Virus record (IMG/VR): IMGVR_UViG_3300036792_000198
Coordinates: 1 to 64,000 of that record
DNA length: 64,000 nt
Direction: 5' to 3' (one strand)
From: a virus
Of the stretch, positions 40,899 through 49,210 are shown in pieces. The first letter of the stretch is position 1. The number at the start of each line of letters is the position of its first letter. A program made the translations under genes and the position numbers. A model generated the notes under the pieces. It saw only the letters and a program-made list of their open reading frames with translations. It did no database searches and was not told the origin of the DNA.

Positions 40899-43800
40899 AT
40901 GTACGACTCGCTGGTCCTGGCGAACACGATCGAGCTGCTCGACGGCGGCGTCATCTCGGCGAACCCCGCCTGCCCGGGTGCCATGTTCCGGCTGCAGCCG
41001 GGCGCTGACCCGGGGGCACCGCAGCCGACAACCGACTTCGTCGCGTCGCTGCTGCTCGACGGCGAGCGCCCGTTCGGCCGGCGCGCGTCCAACCGGACCG
41101 TCAAGCTGCCGATCTGGGTCACCGCCCCGAACCGGGCGGTTCTCGCCGCCGCCCGGGAGCTGCTGCAGCAGACCATCGACCAGGACTACTTCACGATCAC
41201 CTGGACCCGCGACCCGTACGCGGGCAACCCCGGCAACCTGCCGCTGCCGATGCTGCTCGACTGCTTCCGCGCCCAGCCCACCGTCCCGGTGTTCAACACG
41301 CTGTTCGAGAAGGAGCTGTGCGGGGTCCAGGTGCAGGTCACCATCCCAGCGCTGCCCTACGGCCGGTCAGCGACCCAGACGCAGATCAGCTTCTCCTCGC
41401 CCGCCCCGACGTCGCCGAACATCCCGCCGCCGCCCGCCCCGGTCACCCTCGACAACTTCGCGACGATCTCCTCCGCGCAGTGCTCCCGGTCCAGCCAGTG
41501 CGTCATCGGGCCGTACACCTGCTGCTGGGACCCCGACGCGTTCGGCGACCCGGGCGGGCAGAACACGCCGCTCACCTACGGGTCGGCGTTCCCCGCCCCG
41601 CTGAACCTGACGGACATGACGTCGCTGCAGATGTGGTTCGGGCTCGGCAGCAGGTACTACGCGAACCTGGACTTCCCCGGCAAGACGCACGGCGTGTCCG
41701 TCGCGGTGAAGCTGACCGACTCCAGCGGCGGCACGCTGTCGTTCGCCCGGACGGGGCTGCGGCTGCCGGTGTCGAACTCGGCGCAGGCCCCCGCGTTCAC
41801 CCGGGTAACCATCCCGGTGCCGCAGAACAGCGTCACGTTCAACTACGCGTCCGTTGCCGCCTACGCTCTCACGGTCACCAACCGGAGCGACCGGGTCCTG
41901 CGGCTGTCGGAGGTCACCGCGTACCTGGACGCGCTCACCGCCTACCCCGGCTCCCAGTACGTCAGCCCGGTCACCCGGGGCGCGGTCTACACGATCTACC
42001 AGGTAGCGGGGACAGCGCGGGCGCCGGTGAGCATGGCGTTCCAGCAGCCCCCGACCGCCGGCACCCCCACGACGATCACCGCGACGGGTCCCGGGACGTA
42101 CACCGTTCCCAGCAGCACCGCGTACCTGAAGGTTGAGTGCACCGGCGGCGGCGGCGCCGGTGCCGGGCGCACCTCGGCCGGGCAGGGAGCCGGGGCCGGC
42201 GGTGCCGAGTACGCGGCGGAGCTGGTGTTCCCGGCGAGCGCGGGCCAGGTAATCCCGTACGTGAACGGGGTCGGAGACAGCCCCGGGGCGTCACCCCCAG
42301 GCGGCCAGCAGACGGTGTTCGGGCCGGCTCCCGGCGGCACGCTGCAGGTCATCGCGAACGGCGGCGGGTCAGTGGCGACCAACGGGACGTCAGCGGGAGC
42401 GGGCGGCTCCGGGTCGGTGAACTCGGTGGAGTACCCCGGCGGGGCGGGCCGCGCGAACCCTGCGGGGACGTACGGCGGCGGCGGCGGGTCGTCGGCCGGG
42501 CCCAGCTCAGCAGGAAACACGCCGATGGGGTCCGGGTCGGTGCTGTTCACCACGGCGGGCACGTACACCGGGTCCGGGTCCGGGTGGCTGTGCCCGGCAG
42601 GCGTCTTCCAGGTGCTCGCCGAGTGCTGGGGCGGCGGCGGCGGCGCGGCATCCGGCGGCACCGGGGAGAACGGGGCGGGCGGCGGCGGCGGCGAGTACCG
42701 CAACGCCCTGGTCAGCGTGACGCCCGGCACCTACTACACGATCGTGGTCCCGCCCGGCGGCGCGGGAGGAACCGGCGCCGGGAACGGGTCGGCGGGCGGC
42801 CAGGCCAGCTTCGCCGGCGACAGCTACACGGTCATCGCCAAGGGCGGCTCAGGCGGGCAGGACACCGGGTACGGCGGCGGCGGCACCGGCGGTCACGGCG
42901 GAACCGGGACCACCGGGTACAACGGCGGCGCCGGCGGCAACGCCTACCCCTACACGGGAGGCGGCGGGTCCTCGGCCGGGCCCTACTCGCAGGGCAACAC
43001 GGGAGGCAGTCCCGGCGGGGCCGTCGCCCCGGCGCAGGGCGGTGCGGGCGGCAACGGGTCCGGGGCCAACAACGGGGCCGGCACAGCCGGGACCGCGCCT
43101 GGCGGCGGCGGCGGCGGCAGCTACTACAGCTCGTACGGCGGCGGCGCGGGCGCGGCCGGGCAGGTGCGGCTCACCTACCCGGCCACCACCGGAGCCCCCA
43201 CCAGCGCGGGCGGCACGGCGGTTGCCGGAGGGGGCGCGGGAGGAGCTGGCGGCGCCACGGCCGGGTCAGCAGGGTCAGCGGGCAGCGCTCCTGGCGGCGG
43301 CGGCGGCGGCGCGGACTCCTCGGGAACCACCGTGGCGGGCGGCGGCGGCGGAAACGGGCAGATCAAGATCACCCCGTACTCCCCGGCCGCATTCAAGTCC
43401 CTGATCGTGCACCGCCCGCCGCTCGGCGCGGCGAAGACGTTCCAGCCGATGGTGAGCGTCGGCGGGGGCAGCGACGCACCCGACGGAACCCACCAGTACA
43501 CGATGCCGCAGCCAGTGACCGGCGTTAACTCGGACTTCAGCGGCACCTACACCGTCTACCTGGTCAACTCGTCATGGTCCGGCGGCAGCGGCAGCACGAC
43601 CCCCCGCGTGATCTACGTGACCGTCACCCAGTACGAGTACGCGGGCGGGCCGGGCTACAGCGTGGCCACCCTGCCGGTCACCGTGTCACCGTCCCAGGTA
43701 ACCAACGGCATCTTGTGCGCCGGAGTCCTCACCTTGCCGCCGAAAGCGGTCGCACCGGACAACATCGGCGGATACTACACGGTCAGCCCCACCGACTCGA

Positions 43801-44123
43801 ACACGGGCGACAGGTTCTGGGACTGCCTGTTCCTCGACACCATGGGCCAGTGCGTCGTCCTCAGCGAGCCGTCCCAGGCGTACACGTCGTACTACATCGA
43901 CGCGCCCGACCCGAACGTGTCGCTGGGCCGCATCATGGGCTCCTCCGGCGGCCGTCCCGACGCGATCAGCGTGATGGACAACTGCCAGGCGATCTCCGGC
44001 GGCCCCCTGTACGTTGAGCCGGCTGACGGCGACAACCAGCTGTTCGTGTACTGCGCCGACGGCTCCGCCCCCAACGTGTCGCTGAGCTACTACGCGTGCT
44101 ACTACTTCGATCGGACCCAGTGA
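40899..44123 (+). CDS. minor tail protein with glycine-rich repeat modules
   Basis: 1074 aa protein directly after the tape measure. It has repeated modules of the type C.GGGG.G.......G.GGG.EY...V.PG..Y.I.V (about 42130..43350), as in actinophage minor tail proteins. Confidence 0.8.
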   Translation: MYDSLVLANTIELLDGGVISANPACPGAMFRLQPGADPGAPQPTTDFVASLLLDGERPFGRRASNRTVKLPIWVTAPNRAVLAAARELLQQTIDQDYFTITWTRDPYAGNPGNLPLPMLLDCFRAQPTVPVFNTLFEKELCGVQVQVTIPALPYGRSATQTQISFSSPAPTSPNIPPPPAPVTLDNFATISSAQCSRSSQCVIGPYTCCWDPDAFGDPGGQNTPLTYGSAFPAPLNLTDMTSLQMWFGLGSRYYANLDFPGKTHGVSVAVKLTDSSGGTLSFARTGLRLPVSNSAQAPAFTRVTIPVPQNSVTFNYASVAAYALTVTNRSDRVLRLSEVTAYLDALTAYPGSQYVSPVTRGAVYTIYQVAGTARAPVSMAFQQPPTAGTPTTITATGPGTYTVPSSTAYLKVECTGGGGAGAGRTSAGQGAGAGGAEYAAELVFPASAGQVIPYVNGVGDSPGASPPGGQQTVFGPAPGGTLQVIANGGGSVATNGTSAGAGGSGSVNSVEYPGGAGRANPAGTYGGGGGSSAGPSSAGNTPMGSGSVLFTTAGTYTGSGSGWLCPAGVFQVLAECWGGGGGAASGGTGENGAGGGGGEYRNALVSVTPGTYYTIVVPPGGAGGTGAGNGSAGGQASFAGDSYTVIAKGGSGGQDTGYGGGGTGGHGGTGTTGYNGGAGGNAYPYTGGGGSSAGPYSQGNTGGSPGGAVAPAQGGAGGNGSGANNGAGTAGTAPGGGGGGSYYSSYGGGAGAAGQVRLTYPATTGAPTSAGGTAVAGGGAGGAGGATAGSAGSAGSAPGGGGGGADSSGTTVAGGGGGNGQIKITPYSPAAFKSLIVHRPPLGAAKTFQPMVSVGGGSDAPDGTHQYTMPQPVTGVNSDFSGTYTVYLVNSSWSGGSGSTTPRVIYVTVTQYEYAGGPGYSVATLPVTVSPSQVTNGILCAGVLTLPPKAVAPDNIGGYYTVSPTDSNTGDRFWDCLFLDTMGQCVVLSEPSQAYTSYYIDAPDPNVSLGRIMGSSGGRPDAISVMDNCQAISGGPLYVEPADGDNQLFVYCADGSAPNVSLSYYACYYFDRTQ

Positions 44124-44782
44124 TGAGGAAGCTGCTGCTGCTCGGGCTGGCGCTGCTGGCCGCGTACATGGCGAAGCGGGCGCTGCGCCGGGAGAACGAG
44201 GTCGTCACCCTGCTGTGGGCGCTGACCGCGCTGACCGCCTCGACGAGCCTGGCGAACACGCCGAAGACCCGCAGCGTGGAGGACCGGGTCAACTCCATCA
44301 TCACCACGATCGGCCCGCAGGCGGCGAACGCGTTCCCGAAAACCGGCGGCACGATCAGCGGCCCCGTCACCGTCAACGGAAGTCACACGGTGAACGGGCA
44401 GGTCAACACGCAGACGCTGGCGGCCAGCGGCGCCACCACCGACTACGGGCACACCACGCACGGGAACCTGGCCGTGGACAGCAACATGACCGTCGGCGGT
44501 AACCACACGGTCGGGGGACAGGTCAACGCGGGCGCTGTCGCCTCCTCAGGGGCCATGTCCAGCTACGGCTTCACGAGCCACGGCGGCCTGTCCGCCGACG
44601 GCACCCTGTCCGCCGCGAACTTCTCCGGCACGTTCTCCGGCTCTCACTCTGGCAGCTACGCGGGCGGCCAGTCGCGGCCGGGCGGGTACCCGATCTCGCA
44701 CGGCACCCCCTGGGAGGACCAGGTAATTGACGTGATCAACAACATCGCCAATGTCCTCGTCAACGCGCACGTCACCAACTAG
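44123..44782 (+). CDS. tail fibre-like protein with N-terminal hydrophobic helix
   Basis: TGATG overlap with the upstream stop. Contains LLLLGLALLAAYMA, then the repeats GGTISGPVTVNGSHTVNGQVNTQTL and GNLAVDSNMTVGGNHTVGGQVNAG. Confidence 0.6.
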   Translation: MRKLLLLGLALLAAYMAKRALRRENEVVTLLWALTALTASTSLANTPKTRSVEDRVNSIITTIGPQAANAFPKTGGTISGPVTVNGSHTVNGQVNTQTLAASGATTDYGHTTHGNLAVDSNMTVGGNHTVGGQVNAGAVASSGAMSSYGFTSHGGLSADGTLSAANFSGTFSGSHSGSYAGGQSRPGGYPISHGTPWEDQVIDVINNIANVLVNAHVTN

Positions 44783-44795
44783 CTGAGAGGGCAGC

Positions 44796-47000
44796 GTGAC
44801 GTTCGCGGGCGTAGGGACGATCGGGTCGGCCACGGCCAAGACGTTCACCCTGACCCCGGGCGCCGTCAACCACTTCATCATCTTGTCGGTCTGGTCGGAG
44901 ACGGCCGCTGACTACGCGACGGCCGCGAGCAGCAGCAACATCAACAGCGGCGGCGGCTGGACCGTCCTGGCACCGCACACGGCGTTCACGGCGAACTCCG
45001 GCGCGGAGACGGTGTTCATCGGGAAGGTCACCGCCGCGTCGGCCGCGACCGTCACCGTCACCACGGCCGGCAGCCCGACGGTGCGGATCGGCTGGCAGGA
45101 GTACTCCACTACCGCCGGGTACGCGAGCGTCACGCTGGACACCTCGGCAACCATCGACGTGTCCAGCGGGGCGACCTGCCCGACGTGCAACCCGTCTAAG
45201 GGCGCGGGGGAGCTGTACCACTGCTTCCTGTTCGACAACGGAACCGGGACCTCAGGCAGCACCAGCGGTTACACGTACCAGTTCGACGGCAACGGCAACC
45301 CGCTCGTCTACAACGCCGCGTGCACCAGCTCCTCCCAGCACCCGGCCCTCGGGGACACCGGCGACGGCACGAGCGGTATCGCGGTGCTGCTGTACGAGGC
45401 TGCCACGACCGTGTCGGGGGCCGCAGCCCTCACGGGATCGGGGAGCCTGGGCGCGTCCTGGGTGATGGCCGGGTCGGCCGGCCTGACGGGGTCCGGCACC
45501 CTGTCCGGCACATGGGCGCAGGGCGGGTTCGCGGCCCTGACCGGGTCGGGCAGCCTGTCCGCCGTGGCGGGGGTCCTCGGCGACGACGCCCAGCTGGCGG
45601 GCAGCGGCACCCTGGCCAGCACCCCGACCGAGACCTGGGCGGAGACTGCCGGGCTTGCCGGGTCAGGCAGCCTCAGCCTGCTGGAAACAGGCACCCAGGA
45701 GCAGACCGCCGGGCTTGCCGGGTCCGGGACGCTCGGCCTCACCCTGAAGCTGGGCCTTACCGCCGGCATGACCGGCGTCGGCCTGCTGTCCATCCCGCAG
45801 GTGGCAGGCGGACTGGTCAACGGCGTCGGCGGGGCCTCCACCCCGCAGGCGCTCCCCGGCTCCAGCCAGGTGGCCGTCGCCCCCCAGGGGTCGGGTAACT
45901 GGCAGTGGCTCGGCACCCTAGGCCAGGTCACCGCGCTGACCTACAGTTACAACTACCCGGGCGGCTGCGACCAGATGACCTGCAAGCTCATGGTCCCGGC
46001 CGCCTACCGCACCCAGCTGTTCAATCCGGGCTGGCAGGTGAAGGTCACCCGGGGCGGGCACCAGGTGTGGTACGGGAAGCTGGACGAGCCGCAGGCCACC
46101 GCGTCCGGGTGGACGCTGACCGCTGTCGGCGCGGGCAGCCTGGCCGCGAACTTCGTCGCCTACTACTCAGTTGACGACACCTGGCCGCAGGACGAGCCGG
46201 ACGAGATCATCAACCGGGCAATCACCCGGGGACTGCCGTGGTCCAACCCCGGGCTGAACTCCTCCCCGTACTTCTCCCAGTTCTGGTTCGGCCAGGCCAC
46301 CGACCCGGGCGCCCAGACGGTGAACGCGTTCCTCGCCCTGATCTGCACCCGGGGCGGTCTGGCCTGGTACGTGAACAGCCAGCCGGGCGGAAGCTACGGC
46401 GGCAACAGCCTGGGCGTCGCGCCGCTGCCCACGGTGCCGAGCCGGCTGCTGGTGTGCACCACGCCGGTGTCCCGGACGCTCGGCGGTTACATCAACTCGA
46501 TCTTCATCCGGTACATGTCGGTCGCGGACAACTCGACGACGGGCACCGCCGCGTCCTACGACGTGGTCCTGGCGCAGGACACGGCGTCGGTCGCGGCGCA
46601 CGGCTCCCTCGAAACGTACATCGACCTGTCCGACGTCGGGGTGCTGTCATCGGCGGCGGCGCAGGCAGTCGGCAACTACGTCCTCGCGATCTACCAGGCG
46701 GCCAGCTTCGCGGGGCCGTTCACCGCCTCCTACGGGCAGCTGCTCACCATGGGCGGTCAGCCCATTGACCCCGGTACCGACCAGGCCGGCACCATGTGCC
46801 AGCTGGTCCTCACCGACTTCGGCTACGGCGGCGAGGTGACGCCCGAATTTCCTGTCACTTTCATCACGGGTGCCTACTCGTGGGATGATTTCGCGCAAGT
46901 TGCCACAGTTACGCCATATCAGAACCTTGACCAGTCACTTACCGGGCTACTCCAAATGGAAAACACGATACTAACCCCGATAACTACGGCGAGTACGTGA
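44796..47000 (+). CDS. minor tail protein with LTGSGSL repeats; low-GC 3' end
   Basis: GTG start. Repeats lie at 45411..45790. The C-terminal half is tail-tip-like. The last ~155 nt (from about 46845) are visibly AT-richer. Confidence 0.75.
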   Translation: MTFAGVGTIGSATAKTFTLTPGAVNHFIILSVWSETAADYATAASSSNINSGGGWTVLAPHTAFTANSGAETVFIGKVTAASAATVTVTTAGSPTVRIGWQEYSTTAGYASVTLDTSATIDVSSGATCPTCNPSKGAGELYHCFLFDNGTGTSGSTSGYTYQFDGNGNPLVYNAACTSSSQHPALGDTGDGTSGIAVLLYEAATTVSGAAALTGSGSLGASWVMAGSAGLTGSGTLSGTWAQGGFAALTGSGSLSAVAGVLGDDAQLAGSGTLASTPTETWAETAGLAGSGSLSLLETGTQEQTAGLAGSGTLGLTLKLGLTAGMTGVGLLSIPQVAGGLVNGVGGASTPQALPGSSQVAVAPQGSGNWQWLGTLGQVTALTYSYNYPGGCDQMTCKLMVPAAYRTQLFNPGWQVKVTRGGHQVWYGKLDEPQATASGWTLTAVGAGSLAANFVAYYSVDDTWPQDEPDEIINRAITRGLPWSNPGLNSSPYFSQFWFGQATDPGAQTVNAFLALICTRGGLAWYVNSQPGGSYGGNSLGVAPLPTVPSRLLVCTTPVSRTLGGYINSIFIRYMSVADNSTTGTAASYDVVLAQDTASVAAHGSLETYIDLSDVGVLSSAAAQAVGNYVLAIYQAASFAGPFTASYGQLLTMGGQPIDPGTDQAGTMCQLVLTDFGYGGEVTPEFPVTFITGAYSWDDFAQVATVTPYQNLDQSLTGLLQMENTILTPITTAST
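45411..45790 (+). repeat. in-frame degenerate repeats (A.L[TA]GSG[ST]L, about 13-17 aa period)
   Basis: AAALTGSGSLGA / SAGLTGSGTLSG / FAALTGSGSLSA / AQLAGSGTLAS / TAGLAGSGSLSL / TAGLAGSGTLGL. Confidence 0.75.
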
Positions 47001-47022
47001 CGCCGGCCCCCTAAGATAGAAG

Positions 47023-47050
47023 CAGGGTGCCTGCGTGAACAGGCACCCTG
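47023..47050 (+). terminator. perfect 11 bp hairpin after the tail gene
   Basis: cagggtgcctg (47023..47033), loop cgtgaa, caggcaccctg (47040..47050). There is no T tract, which is common in actinobacteria. Confidence 0.6.
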
Positions 47051-47078
47051 AGTGACAACCTAGTGCTGGTAGGCTGAC

Positions 47079-47786
47079 ATGAATAATAGTACCGTTGACC
47101 CTGATCGCACGACTGCGTCTTCCCCAAGGAGGCGCGGGTCCAACCGTACGGTTGCGACTGGCCAGCGCTTCGGGCGATGGCTAGTAATAGATCCGGATGT
47201 CCGCGTCGGACACAACCGCCGGGGAGCCCTCGTCAGATGCTCCTGCATCGGCGGTACCGAGCGAACGGTGTCTCTCGGAGATCTTTTCTCGGGTAACTCA
47301 AAATCGTGTGGCTGCATTCGCTCGGAGATGGTAAGCCGCAGGAACAGGGAAGCTAATCCTGCCATAACGCACGGCATGACAGGACACCAGCTGTTTTATA
47401 CCTGGTCAGCCATGCTGGCACGATGCGAGAAGTCGGCCGACAAGGACTGGCCCCGTTACGGCGGCCGGGGGATCAGGGTTTGTGACCGCTGGCATGACGT
47501 GCGAGCATTCGTTGCGGATATTGAGTCAAGCATTGGCCTCCGTCCTGCTGGCGCGTACCCGAACGGACGGCCGCTTTACACGCTTGACCGGATCAACAAC
47601 AACGGGAACTACGAGCCGGGCAACGTGCAGTGGTCAACGGTGCTTACGCAGAACCGGAACAGGCGTCAGCGGCCCTGGCCGCGATGCACATGCGGGAACC
47701 GTAATCCTGCCAGGGCTAAGTTCTGCTTTGAGTGCGGCACCGCACTGCCGCTGCTTACAAGTGCGGCGGGTAACCCCGCAACCTGA
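47079..47786 (+). CDS. free-standing homing-endonuclease-like protein (HNH/AP2-type) with C-terminal zinc ribbon
   Basis: Low GC. GQRFGRWLVI...CSC.GG..R.V....L.SG.SKSCGC, FYTWSAMLARC......WPRYGGRGIRVCDRW and LDRINNNGNYEPGNVQWST..QNRNRR match a family usually annotated as HNH endonuclease in phages. The C-terminus reads CTCGN...FCFECG. Confidence 0.65.
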   Translation: MNNSTVDPDRTTASSPRRRGSNRTVATGQRFGRWLVIDPDVRVGHNRRGALVRCSCIGGTERTVSLGDLFSGNSKSCGCIRSEMVSRRNREANPAITHGMTGHQLFYTWSAMLARCEKSADKDWPRYGGRGIRVCDRWHDVRAFVADIESSIGLRPAGAYPNGRPLYTLDRINNNGNYEPGNVQWSTVLTQNRNRRQRPWPRCTCGNRNPARAKFCFECGTALPLLTSAAGNPAT

Positions 47787-47807
47787 TCACAGCCTCTTCC
47801 CGCAGGC

Positions 47808-47852
47808 TATGATCCTGCTAGGGCAGTGGGCTGCTGGCCGGGGAAGGACCCC
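47808..47852 (+). promoter_or_regulatory. conserved 45 nt element (TATGAT plus leader ending in GGGGAAGGA), copy 2
   Basis: 39 of 45 positions are identical to 24245..24289. It is immediately followed by a TTG start at 47853. Confidence 0.5.
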
Positions 47853-48116
47853 TTGCAGTACCAGTGCAAGCAGTGCCTGGCCTTGATCAGCCTGCCGCCC
47901 GGTGAGGACCCGCACGCCCACACCTGGTGCGACTGCTGCCAGGTCGACCACCACCACGGCGCGTCGGTGCTGAGCGCACCCGAGTGCGAGGCAGCTAACC
48001 ATCCCGGCCAGCCGTGCTGGCACCCGCCGACGCAGCCGGAACGGCCCGAGGGCTGCACTATCTGCCGTCCGATCCTGCACCTGCCGACCGTCGGCCCGCT
48101 GCAGCTGGTGGTCTGA
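47853..48116 (+). CDS. Cys/His-rich small protein (87 aa)
   Basis: The TTG start was chosen by analogy with the GTG that follows copy 1 of the leader, in the frame of track ORF 47826..48116. Contains CKQC...CDCC..HHH...C...C...CTIC. Confidence 0.5.
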   Translation: MQYQCKQCLALISLPPGEDPHAHTWCDCCQVDHHHGASVLSAPECEAANHPGQPCWHPPTQPERPEGCTICRPILHLPTVGPLQLVV

Positions 48117-48117
48117 C

Positions 48118-48564
48118 ATGCCGTACATGACTGACACCGGCCGGGCCGCGTCGATCCTGAACTGGGCGTTCGACGGTGCCTCGGCGATCACCATCACCCA
48201 GCCGTACCACCTGCGGCTGATGACAGCGATGGGCTCGGGCAACGCGAACGTCAACGGATCCAACGGGACTGAGGCAACCGGGTCGAACTGCCCCGGTTAC
48301 ACGGCGCTCGGGTCGACGCTGGGCGCGTCGGCGCCGTTCGGGTCGTTCTCGTCCAGCTCCCCGTCCGGCACCTCCGCGAACGCGGTCACCTGGAACGCCA
48401 CCGGCACCTGGACCACCGTGGTCGGCGTGGAGATCTGGGACACCGCCGGCACGGCGCTGCGCTGGCTGATCGGCACCCTGACGGCCAACATCACCGGCGT
48501 GGTCAACGGCGATACCGTGCAGTTCGCGGCGGGCGCTATCACAGTGAACGCGACAGCCTGGTAA
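48118..48564 (+). CDS. tail-associated protein (148 aa)
   Basis: Track ORF. Gly/Ser/Thr-rich. Positional assignment. Confidence 0.6.
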   Translation: MPYMTDTGRAASILNWAFDGASAITITQPYHLRLMTAMGSGNANVNGSNGTEATGSNCPGYTALGSTLGASAPFGSFSSSSPSGTSANAVTWNATGTWTTVVGVEIWDTAGTALRWLIGTLTANITGVVNGDTVQFAAGAITVNATAW

Positions 48565-48568
48565 GGCC

Positions 48569-49177
48569 GTGGCCAGCCAGAGCTGGGTGAGCCTGCTCAA
48601 CCCGGCAAGCCCGCAGGCGGGCGCCGCGTACACGGTCAGCGCGACAGCCGCGACGCTGTCCCCGGTCGCCGGCGGCTCCGCTGACGTCGCCCAGGTGCAG
48701 CCGGCGGGACTGCCGTACGGCTGGTACCCGTACCTGAACGTCCGGGTCACTGCGCGCGGTTACATCACCACCACCACCACGGCCGGGACGCTCGCGTTCT
48801 CCCTCAACGCGCGGGTGGGTAACTCGGGCAGCACCTACGTGGCGCTGACCGGGGCGCACGCGACGCTGAACAGCTACGCTACGGCGACAACCGGCATTCC
48901 CTGGTCGCTGCACGGGCTGATCCGGTGCACGGCCGTGGCCTCGTCCGGTAACACGGTCAGTTCGCAGGCCGAGATGATGATCTCCCCGGTGCCGGCCACG
49001 GCGCAGACGATCAACACGGCCTCAGCCGGGGTGAACGTGTACCTGCCCTCAGCCTCGGGCGAGACGGCGGCGGCCGTGGACACCACGCAGCTTCAGGGGA
49101 TCAGCCTGCGGTGCGTGGGGTCGGCCGCGTCGGGCACCGTCCAGCTCACCCAGTGGATCGTGGAAGCGCTCGACTAG
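48569..49177 (+). CDS. tail-associated protein (202 aa)
   Basis: Track ORF with a GTG start. Confidence 0.6.
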   Translation: MASQSWVSLLNPASPQAGAAYTVSATAATLSPVAGGSADVAQVQPAGLPYGWYPYLNVRVTARGYITTTTTAGTLAFSLNARVGNSGSTYVALTGAHATLNSYATATTGIPWSLHGLIRCTAVASSGNTVSSQAEMMISPVPATAQTINTASAGVNVYLPSASGETAAAVDTTQLQGISLRCVGSAASGTVQLTQWIVEALD

Positions 49178-49210
49178 CTACCGCCCGGCCCGCGAGGGAG
49201 GGCGTGCAGC

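Noticed and set aside
42137-43528. 463 aa alternative + frame ORF (extremely Arg/Gly-rich) within the Gly-rich minor tail gene.
   Set aside because: It is a frame-shifted reading of GGC/GGG repeats. The annotated frame gives the known glycine-rich minor-tail pattern.
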